Of a DNA stretch of 64,000 nucleotides, positions 1 through 7,469 are shown piece by piece. Within the stretch, counting starts at the first letter, position 1. The number at the start of each line of letters is the position of its first letter. A program made the translations under genes and the position numbers. The stretch lies in contig JAWAQK010000001.1 of the NCBI GenBank assembly GCA_038893995.1, positions 61,956 through 125,955 of the forward strand, given 5' to 3'. This DNA comes from Candidatus Thorarchaeota archaeon (lineage in GTDB: Archaea; Asgardarchaeota; Thorarchaeia; Thorarchaeales; Thorarchaeaceae). Under the pieces are notes generated by a model. It made no database searches, was not told the origin of the DNA, and saw nothing but the letters and a program-made list of their open reading frames with translations.

Positions 1-1843
1 TCTCGAAGAAGAGTCGGATTCCACTAGCCAGCAGGGCCTGGCCCTCCCAGTATCTTGTCAGGACGGGGTCAATATCATGTACCGAGAACTGCTCAGGACT
101 GACGATGCCACTGACTGTTTCCGTACCAAGAGGTTGGATGTTTATCTTTGCTGTAGCAAAGGCCGCCATCAGCCTACCTACATCTCTGAGTTCAGAGTTG
201 CGCTCCACGAGACTGAGGGCCCTTCTCTTGAGTTGGAACCAGTCACCGAACATCAGAGGCACAGCGAGTGATATTCCTTCAACGATCGAGGGACTGTCAG
301 GAGGGCACAAGTCAAGGATCATCCTATCCAGATCAAGAATGACCCTGCGCAGTCGCTCAGGAATGAATAGTCTATGCCTCAGAGAGAGCCAGGCAATATC
401 GTACAATGCGATTGCGGCCTCGACAAGAGCACGCGAGTCAGAGGGAAAGAGTCGCATGTAGCGCAGTAGAGATTCACTCAGGAGATCGTTCGCACGGTCA
501 TCAATCGTTTCGGACTCACAGATTGCCGCGAGGCCCAATCCAACCATGGAGCTCAGTAATGCAATCTCCAGGCATTGACCCTTGTTGAGTAGAGATGTCC
601 TCATCTCTACAGAACGCTGAAACGACTCAACTGCGGCAGACCGAAACTCTGCAGACTCCGAGAGTAGACAGGCCCAGCCAATAGCATGCAGACAACTGGC
701 GATCTCAGACATCATGTCGTTCTCTGGAGACTTCAGGTCGTCTGCGACTTTCTGAGCCCGGCGGAGGTAGTCGATTGCAAGTGCTGTGCCGTCATCACTT
801 CCGGTCAGGCTGTGGGCATGGCCGAGACCTACTAGGCAGCGCAGCAATGCCATCCGCTGCTCTCTTGTCGGGTCCTCGATCGATTCATAGACTGCGAGAG
901 CCGCGTTCAGGCGTTCTACGGCCTGGGGTATCGCCTCCCGCCACCCACCAATGAGTATCGTCGAACCTACTAGAAGATATGCTGCCGCGAGATCGCCCCT
1001 GGTCATAAGACCTGCATCCACGCTTCTCTCGTACTCCTGCAGTGCACGGTCAGCAAGGTCACGGGCAGTCTGATAGCTCACACCTTCGTCTCGCGTCTCA
1101 TTTATCGCAAGCTGGAGAGCCAGTTGAATCCGTGATGCGGGCGGGAGTTCGGAGCCCATCTCTGATTCAAGCTGTTTCAGTAGACTCCTGGAGCGATCGA
1201 AGAGTTCCAGGTCAGTAAGGACGGAGGCGAGGTCCAGGGTGAGGTCCAGCAAGAGGTCTCTGAATCCCAGCTGTCGTGATACTGAGAGTAGCCGGTCCAG
1301 GAGTGGTTCGGCACACTCTGCAAGGCCTTCATCCATCAGGGACCTGGCCAGGTAGTGCACCTCGGCCACTGCCAACTTGGTGAAGGATATCTGGTCACGG
1401 GCGATGATCGAGTCTAGCGTATGGAGTGTTTCGTCAGCCAGGAATGCCAAGAGGGGACGTAGACCATGCCCTAAGGAGACTGACATGGACTGGCCCAGCT
1501 CACCAAGCAGGTCAATCAGAATTGGCAGAGCCTCAAGATCGGGAAGGTCCTCCGCCGCCGTACGTCTGTACTCATTGGTGAACCTGGTGTCCAGTAGAGA
1601 TATCAGCTCTGACAGCTCCGATGTCTTATCAAATGAGTGACGCACGATGAGTTCAAGGAACTTGTAGTTTGCAAGTGCCGGCCTTCTGAGAAGCACTTCC
1701 TCGAGGGCTCGTGCCAACTCATGACCCAGTTCATGAGAGTCGGGGGAGAAACGTGAGATTCCTTGAAGTGCAGCGAGACCATCGTCGAGGGAGACAGATG
1801 CACACAGTAGGTCCCTCAAGATTGTCCGAATCCTTGGATCCAA
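1..1843 (-). CDS. Large alpha-helical/TPR-like repeat protein, 3'-truncated by window edge
   Basis: Not in ORF track. Manual translation from TTG 1843 (GGTGA SD upstream) gives MDPRIRTILRDLLCASVSLDDG... open to position 1, with TPR-like segments (AVERLNAALAVYES, LAIDYLRRAQKV, AVESFQRSVEMR). Confidence 0.8.
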   Translation of the reverse strand, partial: MDPRIRTILRDLLCASVSLDDGLAALQGISRFSPDSHELGHELARALEEVLLRRPALANYKFLELIVRHSFDKTSELSELISLLDTRFTNEYRRTAAEDLPDLEALPILIDLLGELGQSMSVSLGHGLRPLLAFLADETLHTLDSIIARDQISFTKLAVAEVHYLARSLMDEGLAECAEPLLDRLLSVSRQLGFRDLLLDLTLDLASVLTDLELFDRSRSLLKQLESEMGSELPPASRIQLALQLAINETRDEGVSYQTARDLADRALQEYERSVDAGLMTRGDLAAAYLLVGSTILIGGWREAIPQAVERLNAALAVYESIEDPTREQRMALLRCLVGLGHAHSLTGSDDGTALAIDYLRRAQKVADDLKSPENDMMSEIASCLHAIGWACLLSESAEFRSAAVESFQRSVEMRTSLLNKGQCLEIALLSSMVGLGLAAICESETIDDRANDLLSESLLRYMRLFPSDSRALVEAAIALYDIAWLSLRHRLFIPERLRRVILDLDRMILDLCPPDSPSIVEGISLAVPLMFGDWFQLKRRALSLVERNSELRDVGRLMAAFATAKINIQPLGTETVSGIVSPEQFSVHDIDPVLTRYWEGQALLASGIRLFFE

Positions 1844-1899
1844 ACAGTTCACCCGCGATGCGGGTTGACTATTTCATTGGACTGTTAAAGACTTCCGTA

Positions 1900-2607
1900 T
1901 CAGCTGAGTCTGAACTCGACCCACGCGCGCTTGGTCTCAGTCCCTCTCATTCTCTCCATCCGCACGAAGAACTTGGGAGTATCGCTAGTATCATCCACCC
2001 TGAATCTCAGGACCGCATCTGCGGAGTACGCGAAGCTGGCATACGTCTTGTCGTCATGTACCCCCTCCTCGAGAATGTACATGATACTGTGAGAACCCTG
2101 AGTCAGTCGACCGCTGAGTCTTTGCACGGCCTGAGGTAGAGCTGCAGCACTGGAACTCATGATGAGTGTCGTCAGGCTGTCAACCACGACTCTTGCAACT
2201 ACAAGTTTCTCCAGCGCCTCCGTGAGGACGATTCCAAGCTCTGTTATGTCGTCGACCTTTGAGAGTGAGTAGGGACTTGTGCTCTTGACGCCCATCCGGT
2301 CCGAATACCCATCTACAAAGGTGAACATACCATTTCGCTCGTGCTTCTCGATCGGCCAACCATGTCGGCTCATGTCGTTTCGTATCACTCTGGGAGATAC
2401 ATCTGTCGTCACAAAGACCGCAGGGAAACCCAGCACTAGCCCCTCGGCGAGATATGCCTCGGCATACGTGGTCTTTCCAGAGCCTATCGGCCCCAGTAGC
2501 AATATCGACTGTTGAGTCAGTTGGCCAAACTCGACCAGGTCTCCTAATGTGGGGCTCACCTTGACAGGGTTGCGTTCGTCGATTCGACTATCATCTCGAG
2601 CCGTCAA
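1900..2607 (-). CDS. Single-domain KaiC/RAD55-like RecA-superfamily ATPase, degenerate
   Basis: Walker A GPIGSGKT, Walker B VVVDS, RMRG finger; catalytic EE replaced (FVTTDVSP). Confidence 0.85.
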   Translation of the reverse strand: MTARDDSRIDERNPVKVSPTLGDLVEFGQLTQQSILLLGPIGSGKTTYAEAYLAEGLVLGFPAVFVTTDVSPRVIRNDMSRHGWPIEKHERNGMFTFVDGYSDRMGVKSTSPYSLSKVDDITELGIVLTEALEKLVVARVVVDSLTTLIMSSSAAALPQAVQRLSGRLTQGSHSIMYILEEGVHDDKTYASFAYSADAVLRFRVDDTSDTPKFFVRMERMRGTETKRAWVEFRLS

Positions 2608-2634
2608 TCAATTCACCTCTCGGATCTAGCTGAT

Positions 2635-3378
2635 TCAGCTGCCGGGGCTTATCTCAGTAGGCCAGACCCGAATACCCTCGTCAGTGATTCTCATGGAGTG
2701 TATCCTGGAGCTGTGCTTGGATCCTCGGAGCTTCAATACCTCGATCGAACGGGAACGCGACGTGTCGCTTATCTTCTCGTTGTAGAGCACAATGACGCCT
2801 GATGCAAGGAAGGCTTCGATGTCAAATACGCCCAGTCCGGTGTCCTGTGCAGGTATCTCTGATGTCAGCAGCAGGGTGGCACCTGTGCCTGTTATCTTGG
2901 AGCACATCTTGAAGAACTCTTCTCTGAGAATGTCTCTGCTCCTGAACTTGTATGCAAGGATTGATAGGGTGTCTATGACTACTCTCTTGGCATTCACCTT
3001 CTTCATGTTGCTCAGGATGATTGACACTAGTGCCGACAGGTCGAAGCTCGGATACTCCTCCACCATGACGGGAGAGGGACGTGACGGTGACAGGTCTACG
3101 ATCGCCAGCATACCCTGGTTCTCTAGTTTCTCGAGGTCCATGCCAAATCTCAACATGTTGCGCTTTATGAGGTGAGGGGGCTCCTCGAGAGTGACAAGCA
3201 CGCCAGGTTCTCCGTATTCGGTGGCTCCCTTATACAGGAACTGGTTTGCGAGAATGCTCTTCCCAGTACCTGCCTTTCCTGCAATGAGTATGGTGTCACC
3301 TCTGGGAAAACCTCCCTCTATCAGTTCGTCGAGTCCCGGGATTCCGGTCTTGACTCTATCAATTTGGTAGCCGGTCAT
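2635..3378 (-). CDS. Single-domain KaiC-like ATPase (CI-like)
   Basis: TGIPGLDELIEGGFP, GKAGTGKS, LEE, VVIDT, KLRGSKH; ATG 3378 after GGAGGTG SD, overlapping upstream gene. Confidence 0.92.
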   Translation of the reverse strand: MTGYQIDRVKTGIPGLDELIEGGFPRGDTILIAGKAGTGKSILANQFLYKGATEYGEPGVLVTLEEPPHLIKRNMLRFGMDLEKLENQGMLAIVDLSPSRPSPVMVEEYPSFDLSALVSIILSNMKKVNAKRVVIDTLSILAYKFRSRDILREEFFKMCSKITGTGATLLLTSEIPAQDTGLGVFDIEAFLASGVIVLYNEKISDTSRSRSIEVLKLRGSKHSSRIHSMRITDEGIRVWPTEISPGS

Positions 3379-3730
3379 CTGGAACACCTCTACGTTTTCT
3401 GTATCCAAGGATCATCCTGAGGATTGACTCTGGTTCGGGTATGCCGGTTATGGAGGCACCTCCGATCATTATCGTCGGAGCAGCGAGTACCCCATAGTAC
3501 TGTGCGACTTCTGGCTCTTGGACCACATCAATCTCTCGCAGAGTGAACATGTCAGTATCAAACTCGCCAAGTATGTCTAGCAGTACCTGTTTAGCTCGCG
3601 GACAGAAGGGGCATTCATCGTGGCTAAAGAAGAGGACCTCAACCTTCGAGGATTCCTTCCCATCTTTGGAGCACCCTTCTTCATCAGACGGAGCCAACGA
3701 GACGCACTCCCTGTCCTGTGTGACCTCCAA
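3359..3730 (-). CDS. Thioredoxin/glutaredoxin-fold protein (CPFC), KaiB-like
   Basis: CPFC active site, IDVVQEPEVAQYYGVLAAPTI cis-Pro region; start uncertain. Confidence 0.85.
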   Translation of the reverse strand: MEVTQDRECVSLAPSDEEGCSKDGKESSKVEVLFFSHDECPFCPRAKQVLLDILGEFDTDMFTLREIDVVQEPEVAQYYGVLAAPTIMIGGASITGIPEPESILRMILGYRKRRGVPDDRLPN

Positions 3731-3768
3731 CTGTGGAGCTGTGCTCTATTGAATGTTATTGCGTCGGC

Positions 3769-4155
3769 CTAACGACGATATGCCATCATCTTTCGTATCT
3801 TGGTCGCCACTTTCCCGAGCGACCGAGAGTGATATCTGAGATGCCGAGGCATCACTGCGGCCAAGAGGAAGGACTGCCCACTGTCGACCAATATCTTGCG
3901 GACGACAAACTTTCCCTCCGAACAACGAATGGAGATCTCGGAGAGCTCCCCAAGCAGCAGTTCGTTCCGGAGACGCTCAACGGAGGAGGCCACATAGCCA
4001 GACATTGCAGCAACGATGTCACGGTTTGTGGTGGGGGATGCTGAGGATGCCATGAGTAGGCCGTCATCTCGCGCAAGGATTGATGCGACATAGCCTCCGT
4101 TTCTGACCATGTCATCAAGCATCTCGGTCAATGCCCTGTAGTCAGGTCTTTCCAT
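3769..4155 (-). CDS. Roadblock/LC7 (MglB-like) domain protein
   Basis: ASILARDDGLLMAS...IVAAMS...LGELSEISIRCSEGK pattern, 128 aa. Confidence 0.88.
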   Translation of the reverse strand: MERPDYRALTEMLDDMVRNGGYVASILARDDGLLMASSASPTTNRDIVAAMSGYVASSVERLRNELLLGELSEISIRCSEGKFVVRKILVDSGQSFLLAAVMPRHLRYHSRSLGKVATKIRKMMAYRR

Positions 4156-4302
4156 GTGAATCGCTCCGTCATCCCTAATCGATTGCGCATTTTTCTTTTA
4201 AAGGATGAGGTCACATCCCCTGCTCCAGTATCTTGCAGTTGCACTCACAACATAGTTTTAAGTTAGGCTCCAAATGTGAGTCAGACGAGGATGTGATGTC
4301 GT

Positions 4303-4851
4303 TTGACTGCCGAATATAGATTCAAGGTGGTCATGCTCGGTGATGGCGCGGTAGGGAAGACTGCGCTCACCAACATGTTCACGCAGGGCCACTTCATCTC
4401 CGAATACAAACGGACGATTGGGTCAGACTTTGCAGTCAAACGTGTCTCAGTACCCCAGAGGAATGCACAGGTCACTCTCCAGGTATGGGACTTGGCAGGA
4501 CAACCACGATTCGAGATAGTCAGGCAATCTTTCTATCGTGGAGCAAGAGGAGGATTGCTTGTCTACGATGTCACACGACGCAGGACATTCCTGAACCTCG
4601 ATCACTGGAGACAGGAAACTAAGAACAGTCTGAGTCGCGAAATACCCCTGGTCGTGGTCGCCAACAAGGTGGATCTGACAGGCGCACGCGTCGTGACGAG
4701 GGAGGAGGGAGAACAGTATGCTGCCAAGAGCGGACTCATATATGTGGAGGCAAGTGCACTCACAGGCCAGAACGTAGAGGATGCATTCGTGGAACTATGT
4801 GTCGAGATGATCGACGAGTCAAAGTCGGAAGCGAGATCTCAGACAGGTTGA
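4303..4851 (+). CDS. Rab-like small GTPase
   Basis: GDGAVGKT, TIG, WDLAGQ, NKVD, EASA; RabF-like FYRGA and LVYDVT; no C-terminal Cys. Confidence 0.93.
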   Translation: MTAEYRFKVVMLGDGAVGKTALTNMFTQGHFISEYKRTIGSDFAVKRVSVPQRNAQVTLQVWDLAGQPRFEIVRQSFYRGARGGLLVYDVTRRRTFLNLDHWRQETKNSLSREIPLVVVANKVDLTGARVVTREEGEQYAAKSGLIYVEASALTGQNVEDAFVELCVEMIDESKSEARSQTG

Positions 4852-5960
4852 CCCTTCAAGAGGCCTAGATGCTTCTTGCACTGCCAGACGATATAGAAGA
4901 TGGTCTTGTCCTGCAACACCTCACTGCCATATTGTGACATCAGGGACTCGAACCTGCGTACCAGATCAACCCTTCTCTCGCCTGCAGTATCGCTCTCGAT
5001 CTCTCGCAGCAGTGCCTGGAGGGGCTCAATCATTGCAGTCCTGTCGACGATTTCCCACCGCCTTATTGCTCCGGTGGACTCACAGGTCAGGAACTCGTTC
5101 GAATCTGCCACCCATTCTAGAGAGTCCGGTTCGCCCCGTGTCATTGTCTCGGCCTGCCTAGTGAAATCACTTGTCCGCCACAGGAAGATGTTCTTGTCAG
5201 CAGACCCAGACGCAATAAGGGACCCATCGTGGTTGAATCCCACACAGCGGACCTCTTGTGTATGTCCTGTGAGTGTCTTCTCATGTCTGAGCTGCCCGTC
5301 TGAGGCGTCCCAGACCATGACCGTCTGATCAGAAGATGCCGAGGCCACCCTGGTACCGTCCCTGGAAAAGCGCACCTGATGCAGTGCAGATCTGTGTTCT
5401 TGGAGCCACTCTATCCTCTCACCAGTCGTCGGATCCCAGAGACCAATCATCGCATCGACACCACCGGACACTATCCGATCTCCACGAGGATCCCAGTCGC
5501 AGGACACTACGTATAGAGAATGGCCCTTGAGCTGTCTCAGTGGCTTGGAACTGCCGATGTCCCACACCATGAGGGTCGTATCGCCACTCGATGACACTAA
5601 CCTATCGCAGTCGGGAGAGAAGGCGAGCGACAATATGGGATACCGATGACCCTCGAGACGACATATCAACTCTGCACTCCTGACGTCCCAGACCTTGATA
5701 ACCCTGTCAACACCACCAGACGCTATCACATCACTCCGGGGGCTGAATGCAAGGGCTGTGCACAGGAAGTCGTCTGTGATTCGCTGGACCTCTTGGCAGT
5801 CTCTCGCATCGTACAGACGTATTGTTCGGTCCTGATGAGCAGCAGCGAACATGCGTCCCACTCTGTTGATGGTGAAACGACGAATGATGTCGTCAGCAGT
5901 TTCCGCCTCGGGTCTTAGCAGCCTAGGACGAAGAAACAATGATGGTACGGACTCCGTCAT
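4839..5960 (-). CDS. WD40 beta-propeller protein with C-terminal helical extension
   Basis: About 7 GH...WD repeats (IKVWD, LMVWD, IGLWD, VMVWD); ATG 5960 with GGTGA SD. Confidence 0.92.
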   Translation of the reverse strand: MTESVPSLFLRPRLLRPEAETADDIIRRFTINRVGRMFAAAHQDRTIRLYDARDCQEVQRITDDFLCTALAFSPRSDVIASGGVDRVIKVWDVRSAELICRLEGHRYPILSLAFSPDCDRLVSSSGDTTLMVWDIGSSKPLRQLKGHSLYVVSCDWDPRGDRIVSGGVDAMIGLWDPTTGERIEWLQEHRSALHQVRFSRDGTRVASASSDQTVMVWDASDGQLRHEKTLTGHTQEVRCVGFNHDGSLIASGSADKNIFLWRTSDFTRQAETMTRGEPDSLEWVADSNEFLTCESTGAIRRWEIVDRTAMIEPLQALLREIESDTAGERRVDLVRRFESLMSQYGSEVLQDKTIFYIVWQCKKHLGLLKGQPV

Positions 5961-6081
5961 CTTGCTCACCAGAGTGATTGTCATCGTCTCAAGCAGCATA
6001 TCTAAAAAGAGTTGTGAGGATGCGATGGGCCCCTCAAGTCAGTATGGTATGGGTGGCTGGTGGTCCGAAGATGAGCATGGC

Positions 6082-6654
6082 TCAGAGAGTACTCTGGCCA
6101 ATCGACTCGACCATCATGATGATGAGCTCAATGAATGCCTTCTCCACGTTGTGTCCGGTCTTGGCAGATGTTTCAAGGAAGACCGTGCTGACCCCACTTT
6201 CTCTGAGCGCCTGTGTGAACTTCTCACCCTCCTGCGTCGTGACTATCGATCCCTTCATGGCAGGATTGTCCTTGAACTGGTCCCGGAGATCAGTCTTGTT
6301 GCCGATGACTACAATAGGAATGGTCTTGCCTGTGTTCGCCCAGCACTCCTCAAGCCAGTTGGGAAGATTATCAAATGACGAACGTTCCACAGTCGAGTAT
6401 ACAGCCAATGCTCCCTGGGCACCCTTGTAGAAGGTTGATCGTACGTTCTTGAAGTGAGCCTGTCCAGCAAGATCCCATATCTGGATGTGCACCTCTGTGC
6501 CACTCTCAAGTGCCAGTTTTTTCACTGCGAAATCGGCGCCGATGGTGACCATGTATGAGGCCTTGAAACCTTCGCCCATGTAGGTCCGACGGAGCGAAGT
6601 CTTACCTACTGAGCCGTCGCCCATGAGAACTATCTTGAACAATGCTCTCGGCAT
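6082..6654 (-). CDS. Rab-like small GTPase with post-G4 insertion
   Basis: GDGSVGKT, TIG, WDLAGQ, NKTD, ETSA, FYKGA. Confidence 0.93.
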   Translation of the reverse strand: MPRALFKIVLMGDGSVGKTSLRRTYMGEGFKASYMVTIGADFAVKKLALESGTEVHIQIWDLAGQAHFKNVRSTFYKGAQGALAVYSTVERSSFDNLPNWLEECWANTGKTIPIVVIGNKTDLRDQFKDNPAMKGSIVTTQEGEKFTQALRESGVSTVFLETSAKTGHNVEKAFIELIIMMVESIGQSTL

Positions 6655-7169
6655 CTGGTGTCACCTTGTAAGTCGGGTGAGTGTTCGCTCCGTAATCCGG
6701 AGTTCCACTATATGAGTCTATGTGGACTGTGTTCTTGTGCCTCTCAGATACTCTCCTGGTGGAGCCATTGACCATCTTGACTTGACCTGATGCGGAGAGA
6801 GACCTTGTTGAGCAGGCGCTGTTGGGATTCGGTTATGCCCATCCCTCATGAGATCAATGGCCATGGCGACGAATAAGGGGACCATAGATATGTCTTCTGA
6901 TGCCACATCATCGATGGAATCTCCTCAAGGCACTTCCCGAGAGACCACCGATGGCGTTGTTCGCTCGGGACACAGTCCCAGCGGCTCTGTATACGGTGGC
7001 CCCGCTGACTAATGCTATCAACATTCACTTTCGGTCATCCGTCCCCGACGAACACGTCTGTGAGAATGAACATGAGTCAGAAACAAACCCCAACTATGAC
7101 GTCATCTTGAGGAAACTACAACCTGTAAGGAAACATCGTATCAGAACCCCCTCCTGGAGTTGGATTGAG

Positions 7170-7469
7170 ATGGGTAGGACAGCCCATACCTTTCACGATC
7201 TCCTCGCAATGGAGGAGAAACGCTGGAGTCAGTTCAGACGCGTACTCAGACAGTCGAAGCGGGAGTTGGTGGACAGGGTGTTCGACTACGCCAGAAAGAA
7301 TTCTGATGCTGGCTCAATGGTATTGACACTCCGACCAATGGAAGTCGTACTCATGACTGCAGTCATTGAGATCCTCGACGAGCTGACCAGACTTGATGAG
7401 CGAGTCGGTATGCTGGAGAGGAGGGTCATGGGAGGTGCCAGCAGCGAAGAAGCGAGGCTGGCTACTTGA
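7170..7469 (+). CDS. Small helical PolB2-associated protein (arCOG07300-like)
   Basis: MGRT...W..FRRVLR...FDYA pattern directly upstream of and overlapping PolB2; ATG 7170 preferred over 6900. Confidence 0.75.
   Translation: MGRTAHTFHDLLAMEEKRWSQFRRVLRQSKRELVDRVFDYARKNSDAGSMVLTLRPMEVVLMTAVIEILDELTRLDERVGMLERRVMGGASSEEARLAT

Noticed and set aside
77-2139. Short plus-strand ORFs
   Set aside because: Shadows of the long minus-strand helical-repeat gene and KaiC.
1900-3730. Calling a canonical circadian kaiABC clock
   Set aside because: No kaiA, single-domain KaiCs, no S/T phosphosite pair, and the KaiB-like protein also fits ordinary archaeal thioredoxin.
6718-7169. 60-62 aa minus ORFs and the 5' extension of ORF 6900
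   Set aside because: No motifs; the recognisable family starts at MGRT (7170).
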